Source of the DNA: the human T2T-CHM13v2.0 reference genome, Homo sapiens
NCBI RefSeq assembly: GCF_009914755.1
Contig: NC_060925.1
DNA: 64,000 nt
Reading direction: 5' to 3' (one strand)
Positions 43,198 to 59,050 of the stretch are shown here, piece after piece (position 1 is the first letter of the stretch; each line of letters starts with the position of its first letter). The translations under genes and the position numbers were made by a program. Under the pieces are notes generated by a model that worked only from the letters and a program-made list of their open reading frames with translations, ran no database searches and was not told where the DNA came from.

Positions 43198-43493
43198 GAA
43201 CCAAGCACAGTGGCTGGTCTGTAATCCTAGCACTTTGGGAGGCTGAGGTGGGAAGATCACTTCAGGTCAGGAGTTTGAGACTAGCCTGGACAATGTGGTA
43301 AGATCCCATCTCTACAAAAAAATAAATTTAAAAATTAGCCAAGCCTTGTGATGTGTGCCTGTGGTCCTAGCTAGTTGGGAGGCAGAGGCAGGAGGATTTC
43401 TTCAGCCCAGGAGATGAAGGCTGCAATAAGCTAAAATTGTACCATTGCACTCCAGCCTGGGCAACAGAGCAAGACCCTGTCTCTAAATTTAAA
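43198..43493 (+). mobile_element. AluJ
   Basis: ctgtaatcctagcactttgggagg...gcaagaccctgtctctaaa. Confidence 0.92.
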
Positions 43494-44174
43494 GAGAGAG
43501 AGAGAAGCAAGATTTTGAATTTTTTGGTAATGATAAACTACCTATTTTTAAACCAACTTACTGAGGGTAACTTGATCCAAGGGGAATCCAGATATCCAGA
43601 TATCTTTACACTCTCATATAGAATGAAGTTATTACTTGAAAATTATATAGTAAAAATGAGTATTCCTTTGGGGGAAAAACAGCTGTTAGATGAGCTGTTC
43701 CAACAGTTTAATAGCAAAATTAAAAGTATTAAAATCTAATACAAATTTTAAAAATATGCCAGCATTTTTAAAAATCAACAGTTCTACTGGTGATTTTTTT
43801 AAGTTTACAAAATAAAATCTGGATTCATTTTCCTTAACTTAGCCTTTGGTTCCCTGCCTTTAGCAGAAACATCATGGCGAAGTGGGGGGGACCTGGGCTT
43901 TAGAGTGCAGCAAACATGATTCCAAATCTTTTTCAACTCTTAATACTTTCATACCTTAGAGCAGGGCATTTAGCCTTTCTGATATGTATTATGTATTTAG
44001 GCATTATATGTAATATGATATATGAATTATACCCAATATTTTCTTTACATGGTTGATGCATGATAAATGAAAGTGGTTGTTAAGTTTGCAGAGGGAAGGA
44101 GCAAAAATGAAGCCAAAAGAAGCTTCTCAGAGGTTCTCACTAGTGTAGTAGTCCTTGCTTAAGATAAAAATAAA

Positions 44175-45193
44175 TCTAGTTCTTTTAATGGTGATGTTAG
44201 GGTGTCCATTTTAGATCTTTCCTGCTTTGTCTTGTGGGCATTTAGTGCTATAAATTTCCCTCTACACACTGCTTTAAATGTGTCCCAGAGATTGTGGTAT
44301 GTTGTGTCTTTGTTCTCATTGGTTTCAGAGAACATCTTTATTTCTGCCTTCATTTTGTTATGTACCCAGTAGTCATTCAGGAGCAGGTTGTTCAGTTTCC
44401 ATGTAGTTGAGCGGTTTTGAGTGAGTTTCTTAACCCTGAGTTCTAATTTGATTGCACTGTGGTTTGAGGGACAGTTTGTTATAATTTCTGTTCTTTTACA
44501 TTTGCTGAGGAGTGCTTTACTTCCAACTATGTGGTCAATTTTGGAATAAGTGCGATGTGGTGCTGAGAAGAATGTATATTCTGTTGATTTGGGGTGGAGA
44601 GTTCTGTAGATGTCTATTAGGTCTGCTTGGTGCAGAGCTGAGTTCAATTCCTGGATATCCTTGTTAACTTTCTGTCTCATTGATCTGTCTAATGTTGACA
44701 GTGGGGTGTTAAAGTCTCCCATCATTATTGTGTGGGAGTCTAAGTCTCTTTGTAGTTCTCTAAGGACTTGCTTTATGAATCTGGGTGCTCCTGTATTGGG
44801 TGCATACATGTTTAGGATAGTCAGCTGTTCTTGTTGAATTGATCCCTATACCATTAGGTAATGGCCTTCTTTGTCTCTTTTGATCTTTGTTGGTTTAAAG
44901 TCTGTTTTATCAGAGACTAGGATTGCAACCCCTGCCTTTTTTTGTTTCCATTTGCTTGGTAGATCTTCCTCCATCCCTTTATTTTGAGCCTATGTGTGTC
45001 TCTGCATGTGGGATGGGTGTCCTGAATACAGCACATTGATGGGTCTTGACTCTTTATCCAATTTGCCAGTCTGTGTCTTTTAATTGGAGCATTTAGCCCA
45101 TTTACATTTAAGGTTAATACCGTTATGTGTGAATTTGATCCTGTCATTATGATGTTAGCTGGTTATTTTGCTTATTAGTTGATGCAGTTTCTT
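44175..45193 (-). mobile_element. Inverted 5' segment of a young L1PA (L1PA4/5-like): ORF1 end, spacer and ORF2 endonuclease domain
   Basis: ORFs 44917-45147 (MTGSNSHIT.LTLNVNGLN) and 44159-44809 (YAPNTGAP...GDFNTPL...SKIDH). Confidence 0.96.
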
Positions 45194-47486
<2,293 letters not shown>

Positions 47487-47862
47487 TAGCATACTAGAAG
47501 GTCTCTTTCTCTTTTTCCTTTCTTGTTTCGCTTTTTCCTTTCATCCTTTGAGTTGGGAATTGTGGCAGGACCTCTGGATTCAAGGTTTACCATTTCTGAC
47601 CTTGCTTTGCCTGCTTTGCTTCACAGTGGCAGTTACACAGCAGGATCCAGATGACAACTGCTCAGGAAGTCAGAATATTTATATCAGAATCAACTCTTCC
47701 TATCCACTAAATTATGAGTCATAAGATATTTGCTCTAAAATGCCCATGGTGCTTGTGCTCATTTTGCATTTCCTGAGTTATCTGACCTCTAGTTCTCAAG
47801 GAATGGTCTTTTGAGTCTTTTTATTTATCTTGGTAACCTCCTCAATGCCTAGAATCTTGTCT

Positions 47863-48018
47863 CTAGAGACAAAGAAGTCATTACATAATGATAAAAGGGT
47901 CAATTCAACAGGAAGACTTAACAATTGCAAATATATACGAACTCAACAGCACAGCACCTAAGTGCATAAAGCAAATATTGACAGATCTGAAAGGAGCAAT
48001 TGACAGCAATACAATAAA
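47863..48018 (+). mobile_element. Isolated internal L1M ORF2 endonuclease fragment
   Basis: cattacataatgataaaagggtcaattcaacaggaagac encodes HYIMIKGSIQQED. Confidence 0.8.
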
Positions 48019-49254
48019 TTTCACTCTTAACCCCAGGTAACTGATCAGGAATTGAATGTCACTATTCATAAACAGAAATAAATTCCCCTACCGCCTCTGC
48101 CCAAAAAAGTTTGCATGGATCTAGAACCCAAATTGACTTCTTCATATACAACTTATAATGTTGCACGTTTTCACTGAGTGTGACAAGCTGTGTGTCATCT
48201 GTGTATATGAGAATCATATTAAGAAATGCATTAGAATTGAGAGTCTTGATTTTTTCAGCAAGTAGAATGAAGACTAATTTTAATACGTCTCATTTTGAAG
48301 ACAGTAAGTACATGCATCATGATTCCTGAAGTTTATTCAACAACTTTTCTAGCACATTATTTTGGCATCACACACCTATATAGAAGGCTTACTATATAGG
48401 TGGTATCAAAGCTTTATTACATTAATTTATGATCCCAAAATCCAATATGCCATTGACAGAGAGCTAATTTGAATATTCTTTCTTCCTTTGTCAGGTAGTG
48501 AAGGTTTTTATTATTAGTTGATCCAAGAGATTTTATTCCCTTTTATTTTGCTCTGATGGCAATTAGCAATAATGGATTCTGATATATATTTAAGTCCATT
48601 TCTTTTAACAGGTGTTCATTAATCACCTTTGGGGAAGCTTTTCTTAGCTAAATTGTATAAATTTAAACGTTAACCTTTCTGTAAAGGTAATGCTTTTGTT
48701 AAGAGCTAACAAAGTTGAGAAAGAAATAAGGAATTCAAAATAGTGAAAAAAAGTTTCTCAAAATGACAGTATGATATGTTCATTTTGACCCATTTTAAAA
48801 CCAACAAGAAAACTTTCCTAGAGAACTTACTCAAATTAATTAATTTAGGTTTTAATAATATGTGTTAATATTTGTAGAAATTATATCAATCTTTTAGTAT
48901 TAGTAAGTTAAATTGAACTAAGTGATGTGATTTACACTGAATATCTCTATTTCTACTACAGCCAACTTACGATCTCAATTCTCTTTTTTCCCAGTGGTTT
49001 CCAAAATTCACAAAATTTAATTCACCATTCTATTCCTATTATGTTTTTCTTTGTTTATGCACACATCAATACTCTCATCAGGGTTTTTGTTTTTATTTGT
49101 TGTTTTTTAAACTTTTAAATGTTTAAAATAGCTGAAATATATTCTTTGTTGAATTCTATTTTCCTAAAGAGTCAGCTGGCATTGTATTTTTTGTTTGGAT
49201 CTTTTTTTTCCATGTTGCTTGGAGAATCTCTTCACCTCATCATTTCTCAGTGCT

Positions 49255-49455
49255 TTATACCTGCCAGATACTAAAGTACTTTATATGTATTAATACTTTA
49301 AACTCACAAAGTATAATTATAATATAGGTACCATGATCAGTTCCCATTTTATAGATGAGGAAAAAAAGACTTAAGGAGACTGAGAAACGTGACCAATATT
49401 GCACAACCCTTAAAGGTGGATTAGGGATTCAAAGACAGATCTGTCTTATAAATCT
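49255..49455 (-). mobile_element. MIR
   Basis: cccattttatagatgaggaaa core. Confidence 0.7.
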
Positions 49456-49509
49456 GAGTAGAAATAACGATGAGTGACAGTTATATTCTTTGCTAACCAT
49501 ATGGTCATA

Positions 49510-49950
49510 CTATGTACACTTAGCAAATCTCAGGCCTAATATATACTAGAATGAATAAGAATATTTTATAAGATGATTGGAAATAAAATGAGTAGATTAA
49601 TATCAATAGGTTTTTTTCGTTCTAGAAAAAAAGCATTAATGAAAGAAACAGAAATAAATATTCCATTCACTAGAGCAACAAAACCTATGTAATATTTAGG
49701 AATAAGTTTTACAAGAAAGGCATATGCTTCTGAAATAAAACTATAAATTCTTATTGAAGGACATAAAAGAAGATTTGAATAAATGAAAAGACATACATAA
49801 CTTCTTATATGGAAAGATTTAATATGATAAAAGTGTTATCTCTTCCCAAATTATTCATTAATGAAGTTAAATATTTGTCTAACCAACTTTCCTTAGAATT
49901 CCAAAGGCTTTTAATTAACTGAAATAATCTTAGAGTTTATAGGAGACAAA
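49510..49950 (+). mobile_element. Old L1M ORF2 fragment
   Basis: ccattcac...tttaggaataa...aaaactataaa..cttattgaaggacataaaagaagatttgaataaatg. Confidence 0.65.
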
Positions 49951-51684
49951 ATACATTATAGGTTATATATTTGGGTCACTTGAGGCTCAGGTCAAGGAGA
50001 GAAGTAAGTGAAAGAGTGTGAGAAAGAGGAGGAAAACACTCTCATTTTATAAGTATAATTGTAAAAATTAAAATTACAAAGAAAAAGCATATATGAAATA
50101 ATTAGTTATAAATTTATGAAAGTTATATTTTAATTTTATGTATATACAAAGCATTTTTAAATAGAAAAGTTGAAAAGGACTGCCATTTAATTACTTCAAT
50201 TGCTATTGGCAATTTGTAAATTTTTGCATTCTTATCTGCCACATCATTAATAATGTTCATATTTTTCTAGATAATGTTCACAGATAATGTTCTTTAGATA
50301 AATTCAGCAAATGGTATTCTTAAACAATTCAGCAGACACAACTTAATATGACCTTGTTTCAACATATTGATTTAGAAAAAGGAGAATGTTAGTGAAAAAT
50401 ATTGCAGTGGTGACAAAAGAATATCAAATACTTCTTAATGGATTTTAACTCCTAAAGAGTAACAGATTCAATCTACATTTTGAGTCCTGCTGAACATGAC
50501 AAGCAATTTAACAAGTCCAGCCTACAGAGACATAGGAGCAGAAATCAGACCAAAAAGGAGTAACCTCGCAAACAGATCTGATAAAAGTTGAGTTCATCCA
50601 AGGAGGTAGAAAATCAAGTTCAAGGATATATGCTAGGGAATAAAGTGTTAAGCTGGGCCATAGAAGTGAAACAGCAGGATTCAGGTGTCCATACAGGTGT
50701 CCAACTAGAATAGCCGTGACAGAAAAGGCTAATGGAGAATCTTAATTCTAAACCGGAGGCTCTTTGCTTTATGCCTTATACCCCGCAGTGTCTGTGTGTG
50801 GCGGAGCTGGAAATCACAGGTGTTCTTGCAGTTCAAACAGAGACAAGTGCCTGTCAGGCCCTACCCACACTTCATAAAATCAGTTGCTACAGTGTAGCTT
50901 TCTGGTACTTTTTAAAAGTTATCAGAAAAACAGGGTAAGTTTATCAGGTCAAATTACTTATAATTGTGCCTTCTCTGTTGAGATAATTCTTCAGATCCAC
51001 GGTAGCTGTGTGTCAGGGTAGCAGGGCAGTCTCTGGCTTGTCTGTACACAAAGAGCACTGTCTAGCTTGGATGGTCATTAGCACACCACCTTTCAAAATT
51101 AACCACAAAAGTATCCTTGGTAAAGAAGTCTAATCATCACCCTTCTCATTTATAACATAAAAGAAACCATCTATGGCGCAAGATAATATTGAAAAACATT
51201 TGCAGTAAACTACACAACTCTCAGCCAGACCCTCAAGTCCAGGTTGAACGTGGAAAACTGGTAGTGTGTTCTTATAGATGGCATATAGATTATTAGGATG
51301 AGCAAAAATAGAGAGTGGGATCTTAAAAGAATCAGGCTTCTTTCAAAGGAAATGAAACTTTTTATAATAAAATCAAAAATTAAAACTGAGTATTTTCACT
51401 GATTATTATAGGGAGGAGTACAGTAAAAGACCCCAGATATTCAGATTTCTGCCTGGGAATAATTAGTCCTGGACAAAGCCTACCAAGAACTAACAGTCAT
51501 GTTACCTTCGAATGTCCACTTTAACAGAAAATTCTGAATCATCAGAACAGAGTCTATTTGCCCTGAATAGCTGGAAGTATTTGGAAAATTTTCAGCAAAT
51601 GCAGTTAACTAAAGATATTGCCAGTTAAAGAGTTTCACCTAGAGAACATTATTGTAATAATTTTTTAGAGTCATTGTTCATATC

Positions 51685-51900
51685 TTTTTTTATTATATTT
51701 TAGTTCTGGGGTACATGTGCGGAATGTACAGTTTTGTTACATAGTTATACGCATGCCATAGTGGTTTGCTGCACCCATCAACCCGTCACCTACTATCCCT
51801 CCCTTAGACCCCCCACCCCCAAACAAGCCCCTGTGTGTGATGTTACCCTCCCTGTGTCCATGTGTTCTCATTGTTCAACTCCCACTTATGCATGAGAATG
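51685..51900 (-). mobile_element. Short 5'-truncated L1PA 3' end
   Basis: T tail, agttctggggtacatgtg...ctcccacttatg; about 21 bp missing relative to the 9345 copy (ctac|tatccc). Confidence 0.9.
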
Positions 51901-51929
51901 AAAGAAAGTATATTTTAGAGGTGAGTTAT

Positions 51930-53350
51930 CATCCATGTATTTCAATGCATCACAGGTGCCTTAAAGTCAAGAGTTTCAGTATTGAATTCATCATTTACAT
52001 CACTATCTGTACTTTTTTCAGTATCTCCAAGCTCAGTTAATAGAAATAACATTTTTTAGATCCTATGAATCATCTTAGGCCTATTTCTTACTCCCACATC
52101 TGATCAGTCAACAAGTTCTGTCAAATCTGTCTATTTCGCTTATTCATTTCCTTCTGTCTGGAACTCTCTGCCCCCAGAGGCTGACTCCTTTTTTATCATT
52201 TAAATCTCAAATCAAATGTCACTTACTGCAAAAGGTCTTTGATGACCCTCCAATCTAAAGTAGCCATTCCAACCCCAGGCACCTTCCAAAACTATTTTAA
52301 TTTCTATATAACACTGGTTAATATTATAAATTCTCTTATTTTTTACTTGTCTCTCTCATTTTAAAAACTTGTCCTTGAGAACAGGAATCTTGCCTAGCTT
52401 GTTTATCTCTGTATCCTTATTGCCTAGTATTCTGCCCAGTGCATGGTATGCATTAATAGGTTGTACTTTTTAAATTCATTCATTAGAGCATTATTTCAAC
52501 AAATATACTTATTAGACATTTCTATGCCCCGCATTGTGTTAGGCATAGGAAATATGGTAATGGACAAAAGTAAACCCTATCTTTGTCCTCATGTAGCTTA
52601 CATTTAATCAGAGAGACAGACATTAACAGAATAACTACATAAATAAATGTAAAGTTACAACTATGAGTAATTACTTGTTTCTCTCAATCTCTATTACCAT
52701 TGCATTAGTTCAGGTTATCATTATCTCATGCCTCAACTGTTAAAATCAACTGTTTCTCTGCCTCCACTCTGCCACACTCCACTCTGTTTTTCCAAAGCTA
52801 AAATGCAAATTCAATGTCACTTTCCACCTTAAAAACCATAATAACTTCAATGACATTCAAGAAAATGTTTCTACACTCCTTAAGATAATGGCCCTTCGTG
52901 ACCTGCCTATCATCTATCTCTCCTTTCTCTCCTCATGCTGTATGCTTCAATCACCCTAAATTACACTCTTATCTTGGGGCCTTTGTATATGTCATTCCTT
53001 CTGCCTGATACGTCTTTTTCTACTCTTTGATTAACTTACCTACTTATCCTTTATGGCTCAAGGAAGAAAAGCTCTTTCAGAAAGCCTTTTCTGGACCCAC
53101 TCAGACTGGCTCTGCCATCCCTCTTATGTGCTCTCTTAGAAAAAAAAGAAGAAAATAATAATAATTTCATTGTGCTAGAATTGTTTATTTATTTGCTTGT
53201 TTCCCTTGCAGGTCTATGAGTTCCCTTATGGGGACTCACAGATAGAAATATGAATGTCTTTTATATTTCTATCTCCATTGCCTAGAGCAGTAGCAAGTAT
53301 GTAGAATAAAATAGTTGGAAGAATAGTTGGATGAATAGATGGATGGAGGA
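51930..53350. mobile_element. Nested L2 fragments in both orientations
   Basis: L2 3' end motifs at about 52370-52460 and 53210-53345; antisense piece at about 52470-52670. Confidence 0.6.
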
Positions 53351-54398
53351 ATTTGCTTGATAAAACTAAAAACAAAAGTCTATAATGATATTCAACAACA
53401 CAGCTTCAAACATGTACTATTAAAATATGTGTGAAAAAGCATATTGGCCAGAAGAGAAGGCTAGTGAAGCCCATTTGGATGTTTCAAATACTGTGACAGT
53501 CAGCACTCAGTAATTTGGTCACTAAATTTATTTCATGTTTGTTAATGTTAAGAAGAGAACATTAACTATCCATAGCCCTGTATTTGAAGTGTCAGAAGAT
53601 AGGGTAACATGGCAATTAAATCAGCAGACTAAAAGACAATTTGCAGTGATGACACACTGATTAAAACAAAGAGTGTCCACTTTCTCTGGTCTTCAGTGAG
53701 GAACTTTGTAACTGAAGAAGAAAATTCATGGTTACAAGTTATTTGTCACTGGATATAAGGAATTTCTAACAAGCAGAGTCAATACCCTATCATGTATTAA
53801 GGAACGCTGAATATTTAAGCCAGTAAATAAAGTATAATGCTGGCTGGGTCTTACTGTGGCAACTGGGAATATATGACAACTATTGCTGTCCTGAGAAAAC
53901 AGTGACAATTATTTCTAGGGAAGAGGAGCATAAGGGCACAAAGATTGCTGGTCCTTGAAAAAAATCTCAGCATCTGTTTGCCATGAGAAAGTTGTTTGTT
54001 GCCATTAGCCTTTAGGGACAGAATGAGTAAACAACAAAAGCATAAAAATAAGGTGACTGGTTATTTCACCTGAGAACATCCCAGTGGAGGGGAACTACTT
54101 CCACCCTACCCGCAATGAACCTAGAGAAAACAACTTTCCTTGCTTGAAAAGGGTAACTTAAGCACCAGGGCAGGTGCTTATATATCAGCGATGGTTCCAG
54201 TAGAGGCTTCAGTTGACAAGATGGTCAATACGACATCTGCACAACATGCAGCCAGTATTCGTTTAAAATGTACTCAGTTTCAGGCACTCGGTTGCATGAT
54301 GCCTATCAGAAAAAACGAGCTAAGGGTAGCTATAAGAATACAGCTAAGGTGAACTTTTGAAGTGCCAACACTAATAGGCACCAGATTCCTACAGCTAA

Positions 54399-54754
<356 letters not shown>

Positions 54755-57379
54755 CGACCGTTCCTTTTATGTAAGTGATAAAGATAAACAGCGCTATTGA
54801 ACAAATACCAGTCACCTCAGGAGTGACCTGGCCAGGATAACCTCAGATTCACCAGCAGTAATGAGTGAAAACAAAGCTCCCTAGGTGTCTCTGCCAAATG
54901 GAAAATAACATTTTGTGGCAGATAGAAAGTTTGGAAAGAAATAGTTAACTATGTCTGAAGGTACCTGTAACTTTCAATAGTGGATCAGTTACCATTGGGC
55001 AAGATGAAACATTCTCAAATGGCAAAAGAATGAAGCACAAGATAAATTCAACACAATGCTCTTGCTTTAGTATATTATTATTTCTAACACTCAAATGTTG
55101 GAAAGGAAGAGCCCAGGAGGGTGAGTCTTCTAATGATAAAGGTTTGTTGTGTTTGTCTATTTTGAAATCACTGCACCTGAAAAGAAAACAATAATAGATG
55201 GTGAAAGTGAGAGAAAGAGGAATCTTCTCCTTACTTTATCTCCACTAAGGCTAAGAGCTCTTTATGGGAGCTGTGGTTTTGAAAGGAGACAGAGTTGTTG
55301 TGTCAAAGGTGGAAGAGGACTAGGGTCTGCAAGTGGAGCATCAAACTGGAGGGAAAGTGGAGAACCAGCAAAGTGTGAACTCAGCAGCAGGCTTGGTGAT
55401 GAAAGGGTATATCGTTTTACCCTCCCAAAGTGAACTTAAAGAATATTTGGAAGTTAGAATCTGATGGCATTCAGACTTTGCAAGCATGGACCTTCTGATT
55501 CCAAGGGTTATTTATCATTTTCTATTCCTAAATCTTCTTGCTATAATTGTGGCTAAATAAGAGGATATTTACATCTTATAAAATGAAAGCATCAGAACAT
55601 TCTTAAACATCATAATAATAAAAATCATAGCAATAAGCATGTCTTATAGTGGTGTCATTCAAAGCAAAGTTTCCCCTCAATTAGACTCAAAATTAATTCA
55701 TTAGCACTGAATGTCAGTTCTGCATTAGTGCTCCTTTGGTAATGATTACTCACTGCCAAGGCTCCATTAAATTTCCAGTTAGAAATGATGAATGTGTACC
55801 TCTATTTATCACTGCTTGTGATTTTATGAGTTATTTTTAGAATAATAATATTTTTAGCAATGTATCTATTGTTTTTCCAACATTTCTTAATCAACTAAGC
55901 CTTGGAAAGTTTATATATATTAAGCTCACAGTAGGAGTAAAATGTCATATATTTTTCAGACTCTTTGAGACACTGGAATAAATAAACTAGCAAAGTCTCT
56001 ATTACAGAGAACTTTATAAAATTATCATACACCTCAATGTCAAAGGAATTTAGAAATGTGAAAAAATAGTTTTTATTTTCGTTCTGATTATGATTTTATT
56101 ACAAGTTCTTTATTCTTTAGTCTCCTCTCTCTTTTAATATTCTTCCTACATTGAACCTTTAGTGAAGATATTGCCAACATAGGTATTTAGACATGTTATA
56201 TATTTTTAGTTTTTATAGATTCTTCTATCAAATTTCCAATCTTGGGATGGAATCAGGTACACAGACTCACAACTAATAATCACAATATAGTTTTCTGAGA
56301 AGCACTGATGTAAAATAGAAAACTCAGGCTGATTCGCTCAGGTGTTTGTGAGAAAGACTGAATAACATTATACATAAGGTACCTAGTACAGAGCCATACG
56401 AAAGGATTGGAACTTGGTTTTGAAGGATGCAATGATCCACTGAAGAACATTAAGCTAGGAGTGACATCATCAGGTTTGCATTTTTCAAGGGTAACGAACA
56501 GTTATGAAGCAAATCTGAGGAAGGTGGAATTGAGGAGTTTAAAGACAAAAGGATGGGTTTAGAGACCATTTCAATAGCCTGGAAATTACGAGAACCAATT
56601 TAAATCAATGGCAGTGGAATGTGGAATACAGGGGAAAGATACAAGGTATGCTTAGGAGATAGAGTCGAAACATTTAGTAAATGACTGAGTTTGAATTGAG
56701 AAAGGTTGTAGGAAAAGAGAAATCAAGGATAGCACACTGGTTGTTAACTTGGAAGACTTGGTGCTTGATGCTTGGGTGAATTATTATGCTATAAACAGAT
56801 GCAAAAAGTTTGAAGAAACTTAGAGGATAGGACAGGTACTAGATTAAAATAATGAGTTTCATTTTGAATATGTGAAGTTTTAGTAAAATTCCATAAAATT
56901 AAATTAAGTAAAATTTTACTTCCATAAAAGTAAAATTAAGAGGTCCAAGAGATACACAGATCCAGAGACCAGAGAGAGGTCTAGAGTTAGAGGTATGAGA
57001 ATCATACCATACCATTTATTATTTTACGCCCAGAACAATCAAAAACATCTTCTGAATTTCTGGTTATAGAAGTATAATTAGATTTATTGAAGTAAGCCAA
57101 CATGGTGGACTATATTATGAAGCCATTAAAATTGTTTTTTAATGATGGGACAATGCTCAAAAGATAATATTAAATCAAATTTAAAAATGCAAAATTTTGT
57201 ACAATAAAATTTCTATTATTTAAATAAAATGGGCCTTAAAAAGATGGAAGGAAAATAATTAAACAGTTATAATGCTCACATTAGGGTTAAGAGTTTATGG
57301 TAATTTTTCTTTTTTTTCTATGAATCAATATTTTACAAGTTTTCTATGTGCATTTCTTAAAAGTCATTTTAGGGTAAGG

Positions 57380-57842
57380 ATAGGCTCTTGGAAAGATATT
57401 GATTAAACTGAGTCTAAAGAACTGATAGAGTTGAGTCAGATGAAGAGAGCGGTGTTAGCAGAGGTACAAAGGTGAGGAATATAGTGTGTACTTGAAACTA
57501 TAAGCAGTTAAGAGTTGGTGAAGTATAGAATGATGGCAGAGAGTCATCAGAGAGGAAGCTGAATAGGGAGAGATGGTCACACTGTGGGGGTTTGCTACAT
57601 TAAAATTATATCCTATGTGCTCTGGGAAACTCTTGAAGAAATATACATAATGCATGTATTCATTTGCTAGGACTGCCATAACAAAGTGCCACAGACTTGT
57701 TGGACTAAACAATAGAAATTTATCTTCTTATAGTTCTGGAGGCCAGAAGTCCAATATCAAGGTGTCAGCAAGGTTGGTTTCTTCTGAAGGCGCTCTCCTT
57801 GGCTTGTGAATGGCCATCTTCTCCCCATGTCTTTACATGATT

Positions 57843-57873
<31 letters not shown>

Positions 57874-58810
57874 GTATGTATATATGTACATATGTACATA
57901 TATATATATATATATATCTTAATCTCCTGTTTGTATAAAGATATCACTCATATTGGATTACGGTCCACCCTAGTGACCTCATTTTAACTTAAATGCTGCT
58001 TTAAATACCTTATCTTCAATATAGTCTTATTCTGTGGCACCAGGAATTGAAATTTCAACCTATGAATTTTGAGGGAACACAACTCAGCCCACAACGGGGA
58101 GTGATGTGGTTAAATTTCATTTGGTAATCATGTGGAGTTTTGAGAAAGAAGAGATAAATCAATAGGTTATTGTAATAATCATGGAATCATGGCAAAACTC
58201 GGATTATTCTATAGAACTTTGTTAACAGAGATGGAGAGAAAGGGACAAATTACTGAAATATTTAGGAAATAAAATTGGCACAGGATTAAGGTTACTTGGA
58301 TGTTAGAAATGAGAGGGAGAAGCCTAATCTAGGTCTCTGGATTTCTGATGTGAATGACCCAGTAGATGGTGACATCATCAATGAAGGTTAAAAAAAAATC
58401 CAAAGTAAGAAGCTTGTTCAGAGAGGAAATGATGAATTCAGTTTGAGGAATCCAATTACATTACCTGAAATACAGTTAGATAGAGGACTCTGAAGCACAA
58501 AGACAGATAATTGGGCTGGAAGTCTAGATTTTGTCTTTACTATTCTCATATGTTATGTGAAACTATGAGAGCCCATCCTCACATACCGAGTGATAAGAAC
58601 AATATACTTAAAAGAAAAGAAAACCAACATTTATGGGACAGGCAGAGAACAAGCCCCTGAAAGAGACAGTAAAGTATGAGGTGAAGCAGGAAAGGCACTT
58701 ATCATAGAGTCCAAGAGAGTAGAGAGCTTTGATATAGGGAATAATCAATAGAGATCCCAAAGGTAAAGATTGATAAATGTTAGCTGGATTTGAAATCAGA
58801 AGGATTTTTG
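57380..58810 (-). mobile_element. L2 remnant interrupted by an MLT1 LTR
   Basis: Purine-rich antisense L2-like sequence on both sides of the LTR. Confidence 0.6.
57655..58095 (-). mobile_element. MaLR LTR (MLT1B/C-like) containing a (TCTA)n/(TA)n microsatellite at about 57843-57917
   Basis: tgtattcatttgctaggactgccataacaaagtgccacagact...agttctggaggccagaagtcca...gggaacacaactcagcccacaac. Confidence 0.88.
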
Positions 58811-58824
58811 GACATTTATACCTA

Positions 58825-59050
58825 ATAACAATTCCTTAGGCTTTCATGTGCTAGCCAATGGATAAAGCATGGCATGTGTATGATATTTCATTTTGAGATT
58901 CATTATAATAGATCAAGGAAACTGTCACTATGTCCATTTTACAGATTGCAAAGATTATATCTCAAGACAGTCAAATATCTTGCCTAAGTTCAGCCTGAGA
59001 ACAGCAAATGTGGGAGTCAGTTCTAGCTTTCATCTTACGTTACCAAAGCA
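58825..59050 (-). mobile_element. MIR
   Basis: tccattttacagattg...cttgcctaagttca. Confidence 0.6.

Noticed and set aside
50245-50305. Three spaced copies of ataatgttc resembling an array
   Set aside because: Irregular short slippage duplications in eukaryotic intron; not CRISPR-like. The same applies to small duplications near 13547, 19381, 28740 and 29963.
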